From NCBI GenBank assembly GCA_043228905.1, contig JBHGNT010000002.1:744001-808000 (forward strand): a stretch of 64,000 bases of DNA. Reading direction: 5' to 3'. A program made the position numbers and the translations under genes. The DNA comes from Azolla caroliniana (Eukaryota > Plantae > Polypodiophyta). Positions 51,611 through 64,000 of the stretch are shown here, piece by piece. The notes under the pieces were generated by a model. That model made no database searches. It had not been told where the DNA came from and saw nothing but the letters and a program-made list of their open reading frames with translations. Position 1 is the first letter of the stretch, and every line of letters begins with the position of its first letter.

Positions 51611-52765
51611 ACGTATTTCCATGGCCCCAATATGGACATGTAAATATTTTTCTTGCCATCTCCCACCCCACCCATCCGTGACCCATCCACATGTATTCCT
51701 CATGGTTTTTATCATAATTCCCAATATACACCCTCCCCTTGGATTATCAATGTCAATGACATTTTTTCTTAATTCTCCACTTACCCCCCCCTAGATGGAC
51801 ATTTCCCACATACCCCAACGTGGACGTATACGAGTTTTTTTCGTAATACCAACCCACATAACCCTCTCACTTTTTGACACTTTTCGATATATATTCCTAC
51901 GCGTTTCTTTTTATCTATGAATATTCTAGCTTTTCATAGGATATATACCCCTCTTACCTTGTAATTTTGATATCTCTTGTAATTTCTTATGATAGCCCTT
52001 GTTTTTCTAGATTTCTCAACATCCCATTGCATCTCTATCTCGTTTCACTGGAAAGCGTAGATATTAACGAGGGACTGAGATGGTAGATTTTCCTTTTATG
52101 TTAAATATGACATATGGGACCAAATTTGCAGCATTTTTCACATGTGGTGTTGAGTATGAACTAATCGATGCTCAATCATTTTACTAATTGGATGCTACAA
52201 TTGAGAGTGCACTTTGTGATTATGAGATTAATGTACAAACACGATGTTGTGAAATTCTATGTGAAGCAACCACCAAATGTAATGCATTGGATGAATTGCG
52301 GTTCATGGGTTAGATGACTACTAGTATGAAAATATTGTTGTTTCATTTATACATTAGTTGAGATTTCTTTTATACCTTTGATATGGAATCATCATGGTTG
52401 GCCAAGGAGATTGACATGGTTATAGATGTAATGAAGTTTATGAGGAGCATGGGAGTCCCAAAGAACCAAAGTCTAATAACATGATGAAGGAGAAAAAAGT
52501 GTCCTATATTGAAATTTGACGCCGCGAGTGAAGAAGAAGAACATGTGGATCATTGTAATAGGGATTGCCTTTTGGAGTTTCTGAATACTTCCATGTCAAC
52601 TATAGCAAAGGAGACTTAAATTATGCTAAAGAATGTTTAGATATAGATGTTCACGATGTCGACTTGAATCTCGAGTACTTTATGATCATGCCACAATTTA
52701 TTTTTTATTGGATAGCTTCCTTTTGTACATTTGATCAAGGAATGCATTGTTGAATATAATCATAA

Positions 52766-55700
52766 TGTTGAGAAACAAGTCGTCAATCCATAAAAGAAAA
52801 GGAAGGGAATATGCTAAAATACACAAACCCTAAAGCACAGAAAATATTGTACACAAATTTAACGTGGAAACCCTAAAGAAGGTGAAAAAACCACGGAGAA
52901 CGGACCTTCACTATACAGTGGATATACAACAACAAGATTAGAGTACAACACTCTCTACACAGAGTGTGTAACAACCCCGAAGGACTCTTGGCATGTGTTT
53001 TTCTGATCATAACTATGGCGCTGCTCACTCCCTCACGCTCTTTTTCTTCTATATCTCGCTACGCTTGAGAGGCTCACCCATATATCTGTCTACCTGTTCT
53101 GCTTACCCTAGGTGTACTTATATTAATACACAGAATAGGCTATTTACAATCATGGCCATTATTATTATCCAATAATAAAAATAATAATAGTCTTACTAAT
53201 CAGCCAACTCATTCGTCGATTGTCGGGTCAGTCCGACTAGTCGGCCTGGTCATCGACCATCCGATCGGCCCAACTAGCCAGGTCGTGTCTTCAACCTAGA
53301 TAAACTCTCTCTGAGTTGACTCCTCAATCGTCGGCTCTCGTCCAATCAGTCGGCTCCTCCTACTGGAGGGACATATTCCTAACAAACTCCCCCCTCACTC
53401 TAGTGGGGAGGAGTTCATTATTCCTGTCATTTGTCAACAGACTCTAAGTCGATCCATCGGTAGGTTATTTGTTAGCATGTCGGATCCATTGTTGTCAGTA
53501 TGGATCTTCACGAGGGTAAACTCTCCTTCTTCGACTTTCTCTCGTAACCAGTGATACCTTCTTTGTATGTGCTTGTTCTGAGAGTGGTATGCAACATTAT
53601 TGGCTAGATGCATGGCACTCTAGATTTCACAATGAAGCAAGAAATCCTTTTGCTTCATCCCCAACTCGCTAAGAAGGTTTCTCATCCAAATCAGCTCATT
53701 GTTGGCCTCTATCGCTGCTATGTACTCTACCTCTGTGGTCAACAAGGCCACAGACTTCTGCAGTCGTGCCTGCCACGACACTACTCCCCCTGCATAGGTC
53801 ATCATGTACCTTGATGTGGATCGGCTTGAGTCTACATCCGCTGACATGTCCGAGTCGGTAAACCCTTCGCGCATGGGTTTTCCGACACCATACTTAAGGC
53901 ACACACACGAGGTGCCTTTTAAATACCTGATTATCCATTTCATTGCTGCACAATGTGTTGTCTGCCTGGCCGGACTAGCCTCAACACAGGTGTCTATCCG
54001 ACACTTCTCCAAAGGGGTGGTAAGGATTGGATGCTAGGTTACACGCGTAAGATGATTACAATTAAGCACAGACGGTAAAACAATACAAAGATACAGATAA
54101 ACACGCAATAATTACTTTTGTATTACTTTCGTAAAGCCTTTACAAATCGTCGGATCCTTTTATAGGCATCCGGTAAGGTTACAATCGGTGCGCTTAGGCA
54201 ACTGGCATCCGAATCGGTCCGGATCCGGATCGGTACAACTGTACCGGATCCGTCCCTCTGAATAATAATTATACTATTATTTACTTCCTATTATCCGATC
54301 CGGCTCCGCCTTCCCACTTGTCCTTGCTCTTCTGACCGGTCAACACAATGTTCTTGTCTTGGATTACTCATGTATCAGCTTACTGTTCCCACAACAAATG
54401 CTGTGTTTGGTCTCGTACAGACCATAACATACATTAAGCTGCCGACGGCTGAGGCATATGATACTTCCTTCATCTCAGCCTTTTCCTTCTCCCCTCTTGG
54501 GCATTGCTTTGCAGTTAGTCGGTAACATAGATCCAACATGTTGAATATTTCTAGGATCTTAGTCACGTATTTCTTTTGTGACAACCACAACACTTTCTTA
54601 GTTCTATCTCGAACTATGTGCATCCCTAAGATCTGTTTAGACGGTCCAAGATCTTTCATTGCAAACGATTTGCCTAGAGCTTCCTTCAAGCGTATGATCT
54701 TCCTTGTATCTTGACCGACTATCAACATGGCATCTACACATAGCAAGAGAATCAAGAAGTCACCATCGTCGTACCTTTTGACGAACACATAATTCTCAAC
54801 ATGTGTTTTCTAGAACCTATGTTCCACCATGAAGAACTCGAACTTCTTGTACCATTGGCGTGGAGCTTTTTTCAGCCCATACAAGCTTTTCTTCAATCAA
54901 CACACCAAGTTCTCTTTCCATTCCTCCTCAAAACCTTCGGGTTGCTGCATGTAAATCTCTTCATCCAGCTCCCCATGCAAGAATGTTGTCTTGACATCCA
55001 ACTATTCAATCTCTAGATCCATACTGACAGTTATGCTTAGAACAATTCTAATGGATGTCATCTTCACGACTAGGCGAATATTTCGTCGAAGTCGACACCC
55101 TTTTTTTGTTGGAACCCCTTCACCACAATGCGGACTTTATACCTAGGGGCCTTTTCGACTTCTCTAGTCTTCACCTTGTAGACCCATTTGTTCTCGTGCA
55201 AAGAATCTATCTCATCTTGCATCGTGCTCATCCATTTCTCTTTGTGCTTGTCGGCAATGGCTTCATCATAGCACTCTGGCTCACCTTCATCAATTAAGAG
55301 GATGTATTGACTGACATATGTTGACGGTGCTCTCCTTTCTCTAAGTGGGTATCTCCTTCCACTCATTGTCGACTTCAGTTTGGATGTTTTTACCGGCTCT
55401 ACTCTTGGCTCAGGCTCATATATGTCAATCAGTTTCTCAAGGTCGGACGACTCCAACTCGTATTCCTCGATCGATCTTAACAACTCTATCGACTCAGACT
55501 CATGGTCGATCAGTCTCTCCAAGCCAACCCACTCGTATTCGACTGTGCCGAATGGCTGTCTCCGAACAACTGGTTGTGTCGGTTCACTTGGCTTGAAGTC
55601 GATAGTAGTGGAGGTTGACTGGTTAGTTGATTTGGACTCTTGTTGCTTCCAGTCCTCTATGGTCTTGTCTTCCAAGGAGACTACATCCCGACTCCTCATT

Positions 55701-58439
55701 ACCTTCTTGTCGACTAGGTCCTATAGCCTATAGCCAAACTCATCTTCCGAGTATCCCATGAATATGCATGGTTTCGACTTACTGTTGAGCTTTGACCTCT
55801 GATCCTTAGCTACATGCATATACACTATGCATCCGAACACCTTCGGGGGTCGGTAGGAGACATCCTTTCCTGTCCACACCCTTTGTAGGACATCACCTTT
55901 CAACAGTATCGAGGGGGACTTGTTGATCAAATAAACAATCGTGTACATCGCCTCATCCCAGTATATTTTTGACAGTTTAGCATGTGACAACATGCTCCTT
56001 ACTCTCGCCATGATTGCCTGGTTCATCCTCTCTACAAGCCCGTTCAACTCAGGGGTCTTCGGTAATGTGTATTTGACTCGAATACCTTGGGCCTTGCAGT
56101 ATTCCTCGAACTGCCCTTTATATTCACCACCATTGTCAGTTCGGACAACCTTAAACTTCTGACCTGACTCTCGTTCAACTATTGCCTGGAACTCCTTAAA
56201 AAATGAAAGTACTTGATCTTTTGACTTTAGTATGAAAGCCCACAACTTCTGACTGTAGTCGTTGATGAAAGTCACAAAGTATTGTCTGCCTCGATGCGAT
56301 GAAGCATCTACATAACACACATATGTGTGTACCAGCTCTAGTGCAACTTTTCTTCTTGTTGTTCGTGTGTGGAATGTTGCTCTGTTATGCTTTCTAACTA
56401 AGTAGTCGACGCACTTCTCCAGGTGCACTCCCTTTACTTCTGGTAGAACCTTCTGGTCGACCAACAGATGCAGTCCCTTCTCACTCATGTGGCCTAGCCT
56501 CTTATTCCATATCTTTCCTACTGAGTAAGCTGCCACATTCACTTCCGACTTGCACAGTCGGACTTGCATCATATACAATGTGCCTTCCTTCTGTGCTCGG
56601 ACCACTATAAGATTTCCTTAGCAGAACTTCCACTTGCCATTCTGAAAACTACCATTGTAGCCTTCGTCGTCCAGTTGATATCAAATTCAATCTGATATTG
56701 GGGACGTGTCGAACATCCTTCAATGTCAGTCGACACCCTGTCGACGTTGTCAGGCAGACTCTTTTGATTCCTGCTATCTTGCACTCCCCACTGTCACCCA
56801 TCTTTACATAACCATGATCACTGGCTATCTAAGTCGAGAAATACTCTCTCGACGGAGCTATGTGGAAGGATGCACCGGAGTTGATCACCCAAGTTCATTC
56901 TTTGCTTGCAAGATTTGCACTTGTTTGTTCACAAATGAAAAAAAGTCCTTCATTGCTCGTAGCAATGGCTGAAGTGTACTTTTCTTCAGGAATCTTCCTG
57001 GGTTCGACGTTATTACCGACACTCTTTTCCCTTTTAAGGTGTTGGCAATCTTTTTGGAAATGTCCAGGCTTTCCACAATAAAAGCACACTAGCTTTCCTC
57101 TAGACTTTGACCTGGCTTGAGACTTTTCTCTCCTTGGTGGACTTCTTTGCCAGGTCCTTCTTCTGCCGACGTGTTGAGTCAAATTTGACTCCGATTGGAC
57201 TAGGACACCCTTGTCCTTCCTTCTCGCTTCCTTATTCAGGATGCTTGTCTTCACCGCTTGTAAATACAACTTCTCTTCTTGACAAGAGGTGCTGAGAGTA
57301 ACCACCAGGTTCTCCCAGCTATCCGGTAGTGTGCACATCAGCAGGATGGCCTGCATAGCATCATCAAGGGGAAACTTGGTTGCAACAAGTTGATTTACAT
57401 ACCCCATGAATGTGCTGATGTGTTCGACGATGCTCTCACCGTCTTTGTATTTTAGCCGTACAATCTTTCTCATCAATGAGGTTTTATTGAGGGCATTCTT
57501 CCTCTTAGATAAACCTGACAGCTTTTGCCACATCTCGTGGCCATTTGTGTCGTTCGCCACCTGTTGAAGGACACTTACATCAACGCACTGTCGGTTGGTG
57601 GCCATCGCCTTTCTGTTAAGATGTTTCCATTCCGACTCTAATACCCCCGTGGGTATTTCTGCTTTGTTGATCGGCTCGTACAGGTCTTTGACTACAAGAA
57701 GGTCCTCCATCTTTATCTTCTAGTCTGCATAGTTCTGAGAGTTTAGAATTATCATTCCTAGGAAGTCACTCACACCTCCTTCCATGTTTGCACCTCAAGC
57801 TTTGATACCAGTTTGTTGAGAAATGAATCGTCAATCCATAAAAGAAAAGGAAGGGAATATGCTAAAATACACAAATTCTGAAGCACAGAAAACATTGTAC
57901 ACAGATTTTATGTGGAACCCCTAAAGCGGGTGAAAAAACCACAGAGAACGAAGCTTCGCTATACAATGCATATACAACAACAAGATCAGAGTACAACACT
58001 CTCTACACAGAGTGTAAACAGCCCTGAAGGACTCTTGGTGTATGTTGTTCTGATCACAGCTATGGCACCGCTCACTCACTCACGCTCCCTCACACTCTTT
58101 TTTCTTCTCTATCTTGCTACGCTAGAGAGGCTCACCCATATATTTGTCTACTTGTTTTGCTTGCCCTAGGTGTATTTATACTAATACACAGAATGGGCTA
58201 TTTACAATCATGGCCATTATTATTATCCAATAATAATAATAATAGTCTTACTAATCAGCCGACTCATTCGTTGATTGTCGGGTCGGTCCGACTAGTCGGC
58301 CTGGTCATCAACCATCCGGTCGGCCCGATTAGCCAAGTCGTGTCTTCATCCTCGATCAACTCTCTCTGAGTTGACTCCTCAACCGTCTTCTCTCATCCGA
58401 TCAGTTGGCTCCTCCCAGTGGAGGGACATATTCCTAACA
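52766..58439 (-). mobile_element. Full-length but decayed Ty1/Copia LTR retrotransposon (Tnt1/Tork-like)
   Basis: LTRs at 57814-58439 (5') and 52766-53384 (3') with TG...CA ends. The TSD CATAA lies at 52761-52765 and 58440-58444. PBS TGGTATCAAAGC is at ~57799-57810 and the PPT at ~53387-53399. Gag (CFYCGKPGHFQKDC), PR, INT, RT and RH carry stops and frameshifts. Confidence 0.95.
53956..54345 (-). mobile_element. Solo LTR (390 bp) nested in the Copia RT
   Basis: TGTTG...CAACA termini with a 5-bp TSD CAATG at 53951-53955 and 54346-54350. It interrupts the RT reading frame. Confidence 0.9.
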
Positions 58440-59288
58440 CATAATGCTTAATTGTACAGAGAAAAACTATGTGGGCCCATAAAGCTTTTTATGACATATT
58501 TCATTCTTCATAACAATGAAATGTGTTGTCAACCTAAAGGTTCATGATTCATTATTAGTAAATGATTGGTGCATACAATGATCACACCCTTAGTTGATTA
58601 CCAGTCTTTGTTAAAACAAGCACACATAGTTTGTGCAACAACAAATTGGAAATGCTCGTTTTTATGGGCACTTTCATCCAATCCCATGTTTCAATTAGCT
58701 AGAATCTTAGCTTTAACTCATGCTAATTCTTTGAATAAACGTAAATCTTCTATGTTATGGAAGAAAAGTACGATATATCGAGGAGGCTCACCCATATATT
58801 TGTCTACCTGTTCTGCTTGACCTAGGTGTACTTATACTAATACACAGAATGGGCTATTTACAATCATGGCCATTATTATTATCCAATAATAAAAATAAAA
58901 ATAGTCTTACTAATCAGCCGACTCATTCGTCGATTGTCGGGTCGGTCCGACTAGTCGGCCTGGTCATCGACCATCCGATCGGCCCGACTAGCCAGGTCGT
59001 GTCTTCAACCTCGATAAACTCTCTCTGAGTGTAATCCTCAACCGTCGCCTCTCATCCGATCAGTCGACTCCTCCCACTGGAGGGACATATTCCTAACACA
59101 TAATGCTTAATTGTACAGAGAAAAACTATGTGGGCCCGTAAAGCTTTTTATGACATATTTCATTCTTCATAACATTAAAATGTGTTGTCAACCTAAAGGT
59201 TCATGATTCATTATTAGTAAATGATTGGTGCATACAATGATCACACCCTTAGTTGATTACCAATCTTTGTTAAAACGAGCACACATAG
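58127..59288. repeat. ~657-bp tandem duplication spanning the outer half of an LTR plus flanking DNA
   Basis: 58784-59288 repeats 58127-58629, i.e. the LTR end ...CCTAACA and the flank CATAATGCTTAATTG...CACACATAG. Confidence 0.92.
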
Positions 59289-62200
59289 TGTTGGGAATAT
59301 GTCCCTCCAGTGGGAGGAGGAAGCGATTGTCCAGAAGTTGCTGACAATCGATGACTACGAGGAGTCGACTGATTGGACCAAGGAGTGCCGACAGTCGAAG
59401 ACAGGGAAGATCCGACTGTTCGGAAAGCCGACAATCGAAGAGTCGAAAACAATGAGTCGATTGTTTGATAGTTCGACTATTATTATTATAGCAATAATAA
59501 TAATGACACGTAGCAGAGGCTACATTTGTAAATAGCCCATACAGTGTATAAGTATAAATACACTTAGGGAAAAATGAGGAAAGAAGAAAAATAGAGAGGA
59601 TAGACGAGATTGGTAGAACAGAAGTAGCGCGAGAGATAGAGAGAGTGAGTGAGAGCGGCGCCATAGTTGTGTGCGTAACAGTAGACGCCAAGAGCCCTGT
59701 GTGGCTAATACACTGGAAGGAGTGTTGTAACATTCTATGTTGTATATCCACTATACTTAGTGAAGCTCTGTTCCCGTGGTTTTCTCCTGTTTTTTTAGGG
59801 TTTCCACGTTAAATCTCTATGCACCATTGTTGTCCTGTTTTTTTTCTTTCCTTGGCATATCTGTGATTCTTATTTCAACACAGTTCGTTTATTGTGATTT
59901 GATCGAACGATTTCTCAACAAACTGGTATTAGAGCTTGAGGTGCAAGAATGGAAGGAGGTGTGAGCGATTTCCCAGGTATGATAGTTCTCAACTCACAGA
60001 ACTATGCATATTGGAAGATCAAGATGGAAGACCTTCTCATAGTTAAAGGCCTGTATGAGCCAGTCGACAGAGCAGAAATAACTAGGGGGTATTGGAATCG
60101 GACTGGAAGCTTCTGAATAGAAAGGCGGTGGCCACTATCCGACAATGTGTCGATGTAAGTGTCCTTCAGCATGTGGTGAACGAAACAAATGCCCACGAAA
60201 TGTGGCAGAAGCTGTCGGGTCTATATGAGAGGAAGAACGCGCTCAGTAAAAACCTTGTTGATGAAAAAAATCTTGCGGCTGAAATATAGAGACGGTGAGA
60301 GCATCGTTGAACACATCAGCACATTCATGGGGTATGTAAATCAACTTGATGCGACCAAGTTTCCCTTGGATGATGCAATGCAGGCCATCCTACTGATGTG
60401 CACATTGTCGGACAGCTGGGAGAATCTAGTGGTTACTCTCAGCACCTCCTGTCAAGAAAAGAACTTGTCTTTACAAACGGTGAAGACAAGCATCCTAAAT
60501 GAGGAGGCAAGGAGGAAAGACAAAGGAGTCTTGTCCCAATCGGAGTCGAATCTGACTCAACATATGGACAGAGGAAGAGACTGGCGACGAAGAAGTCCGC
60601 AACGAATGGACAAATCCCACGCCAGATCGAAGTCCAGAGGTAAGCCTGTGTGCTTTTATTGTGGAAAGCCTGGACACTTCCAGAAGGATTGTCGACACTT
60701 AAAGAAAGATAAGAGTGTCAGAAATAATGTCGAACCCAGGAAGATTCCCGATGAGAAGAACACTTCGGCCATTGCTACGAGCAGTGAAGAACTCTTGTTC
60801 ATTTGTGAATAGATGAGTGCAAATCCTGCAAGTGAAGATTGCACGTGGGTGATTGATTCCGGGGCATCGTTCCACATAACTCCGTCGAGAGTATTTCTCA
60901 ACTTACATAGTCGGGGATCATGGCTATGTAAAGATGGGTGACAGTGGAGAGTGCAAGGTAACCAGAGTCGGAAGTGTTTGCTTAACGACGTCGATAGGGT
61001 GTCGACTGACACTGAAGGATGTTCGACACGTCCCCGATATCAGATTGAATCTGATATCGACTTGAAGGTTAGATGACAAAGGCTATAGTGGTAGCTTTCG
61101 AAATGGCAAGTGGAAGTTCTGCCGAGGAAATCTTATAGTGGCATGAGCACATAAAGAAGGCACATTGTACATGATGCATGCCCGACTGTGCAAATCGGAA
61201 GTAAATGTGGCAGCCGACTCGGCAGGTGAGATATGGCATTAGAGGCTAGGCCACATGAGTGAGAAGGGAATGCATCTGTTAGTTGAATAGAAACTTCTAC
61301 CATAGGTCAAGGGCGTGCATCTGGAGAAGTGAGTTGACTGCTTAGTAGGAAAGCAGAACAGAACTACATTCCACACAAGACCACCGAGAAGAAGAGAGGC
61401 TACACTTGAACTTGTACACACGGACATGTGTTGTGTTGATGCTCCATCGCATTGAGGTGGATAGTACTTTGTGACATTCATTGACGACCATAGTCGGAAG
61501 ACATGGGCCTTCGTACTGAAGAGAATGGATCAAGTACTGTCGGTTTTCAAAGAGTTCCATGCAAGAGCCGAAAGAGAGTTGGGTCGGAAGTTGAAGGTTG
61601 TTCGAACCGACCATGGTGGCGAGTACAAAGGGAAGTTCAAGAAATAATACAAGAGCCAAGGTATTCGGATCGAATACACAATGCCAAAGACCCCAGAGTT
61701 GAACATGCTTGCAGAGAGGATGAATCAAATGATCATGGAGAGAGTAAGGAGCATGCTCTCTCATGTGAAACTGCTGAAATCCTATTGGGCTGAGGCGATG
61801 TACACAACTGTTTATCTGATCAACAGGTCTCCCTCAATACCATTGAAGGGTGATTTTCCATAGAGGGTGTGGACGGGGAAGGATGTCTCCTACCAGCATC
61901 TGAGGGTGTTCGGATGTCTGGCATACATGCATGTACCGAAAGATCAGAGGTCAAAGCTCGACAACAAGTCGAAAGCATGCATATTCATGGGATATTCGAA
62001 AGATGAATTCGTCTACAGGCTATGGGACCTAGTCGACAAGAAGGTAGTGAGAAGTCGGGATGTAGTCTTTCTAGAAGACAAGACGATTGAAGACTGGAAG
62101 CAACAGAAGTCGGAATTGACTCCCCAGTCAACCCCGACTACCATCAACTTAAGGCCAAGTGAGTCGTCACCGACAGCTGTAAGGAGACAGCTGGCCGACA

Positions 62201-64000
62201 GAGCCAAATCCGAGTCGGTAGACTCGGAGAGACCGACTAACTATGAGTCAGAGTCAGCAAAGATGCAAAGGTCAATTAATGAATATGAGTTGGAATTACC
62301 CAACCAGGAGAGGCCGATTGACGAGCAGAATCCCAAGCAGAGAGAAGAGTTGGCAAAGACATCCGAAAGAGAGCCAACAACAAGTGGAAGAAGATACCCA
62401 CTCAAAGAAAGGAAAGCACCGACTACATATGTCAGTCAATACATCCTCTTGACTGATGAAGGTGAACCGGAGTGCTACAAAGAAGCCATTGCCGATGAGC
62501 ACAAAGAGAAATGGCTGAGCGCGATGCAAGATGAGATGAAATCCTTGCACGAGAACTACACCTACGACCTAGTAGAGCTGTTGAAAGGTAAGAGAGCACT
62601 CAAGAATAAGTGGGTCTACAAGGTGAAGACTAGAGAAGCCGACAATGAGCCCAGGTATAAAACCCATGTAGTGGTGAAGGGTTTCCAATAGAAGAAGGGT
62701 GTCAACTTTGACGAAATATTCGTTCCGGTCATTAAGATGACAGCATGGACCTGGAGATCGAACTGTTGGATGTCAAAACCGCATTTCTGCACGGCGAGCT
62801 AGAAGAAGAAATCTATATGCAACAACCCGAAGGCTTTGAGGAGAAAGGGAAAGAGAATCTGGTGTGTCGACTGAAGAAAAGCTTGTACGGTCTGAAACAA
62901 GCTCCACGCCAATGGTACAAGAAGTTCAAGTCCTTCACGATGGAACACCGGTTCTAGAAAATACAGGTTGATCACTGTGTGTTCGTCAAAAGGTATGAAG
63001 AAGGAGACTTCTTGATTCTCTTGCTATATGTCGATGCCATGTTGATAGTTGGTCAAGATACAAGGAAGATTGGAAGCTTGAAGAAAGCTCTCGGCAAATC
63101 ATTTTCCATTAAAGACCTTGGACCGGCTAATCAGATCTTAGGAATGCACATAGTTCGAGACAGAACTCAAAAGGTGCTATGGTTATCACAACAGAAGTAT
63201 GTGACAAAGATCCTAGAGAGATTTAACATGTCAGATGCAAAGCCAGTCGGCTCAATGTTGCCAACAAATTGCAGATTGAATGCGAAGCAGTGCCCGAAAG
63301 GGGAGAAGGAAAAAGCCGAGATGAGGAAGGTTCCATATGCCTCAGCTGTTGGCAGTCTAATGTATGCTATGGTCTGTACGAGACTAGACATAACATTTGT
63401 TGTAGGAGCAGTAAGCCGATACATGAGTAATCCAAGGAGAGAACATTGGGCAACAGTGAAGTAGATACTCTGGTACTTAAAGGGCACCTCGAGGGTGTGT
63501 TGGAAGGTTTTAACGACTCGAACATGTCGGGAGATATCGACTCAAGCCGATCCACATCAAGATACGCGATGACCTATGTAGGGGGAGTAGTGTCATGACA
63601 GTCACGACTGCAGAAGTCTGTAGCTTTGTCGACTACATAGGTAGTAGTAGAGGCCGGCAAAGAGATGATCTGGATGAGAAGTTTTCTCACCGAATTAGGG
63701 ATGAAGCAAAAGGAGCTCTTGCTTCACTGTGATAGCCAGAGTGCCATACATCTTGCCAAGAATGTTGCAGACCACTCCCAGACCAAGCATATACAAAGAA
63801 GGTATCACTGGTTGTGGGAAGGAGAGTTTTCCTTGGTGAAGATCCATACAGACGACAATGGATCCGACATGTTGACGAAGAACCTACCTATGGACAAACT
63901 CAGAGTTTGTCAACAGAAGACATGACTCATTGACCTCCTCCCATAGGAGTGAAGGGGGAGTTTGTTGGGAATATGTCCCTCTAGTGGGAGGAGGAACTGA
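59289..64000 (+). mobile_element. Second Ty1/Copia element of a related family, decayed, running off the window
   Basis: 5' LTR at 59289-59920, PBS TGGTATTAGAGC at ~59924, and gag-pol highly similar to the 52766-58439 element. The PPT GTGAAGGGGGAG is at ~63949-63960 and the 3' LTR starts at 63963. Confidence 0.95.

Noticed and set aside
52060-52760. Decayed coding-like sequence flanking the Copia insertion
   Set aside because: Multiple stops and no assignable family.

Overview
This is AT-rich land-plant nuclear DNA. The gene content and RTEX-like LINEs suggest a fern or other non-seed plant, but that is an inference. Six protein-coding genes are supported: an intronless single-pass membrane protein with a GPPRLLFTIxEETKE motif (5433-7034 +), BolA2 (-), an ARID-HMG-box protein (-), a glycerol-3-phosphate/SLC37-type MFS transporter (-), the CCCH zinc-finger FG-nucleoporin CG1/NUP42 (25537-41555 +), and MYB4R1/SNAPC4 (-). 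The CG1 gene has a ~10-kb intron packed with Ty1/Copia debris in both orientations, and that intron probably uses a GC donor. The right end holds a 5'-truncated but open RTEX-like LINE just upstream of MYB4R1 and two related Copia elements head-to-head; one is complete with a TSD and a nested solo LTR. Smaller items are a MITE with an 8-bp TSD, a tRNA-like SINE head, solo LTRs and many short tandem duplications. I found no clearly new multi-gene system. The best leads are a conserved LINE 3' stem-loop with a (TTTC)n tail, TATA boxes held in sequence-divergent hairpins in two solo LTRs, the GC-AG giant intron with inverted TE copies, and LTR-junction duplications that give a testable prediction. 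Exon boundaries were read by eye.
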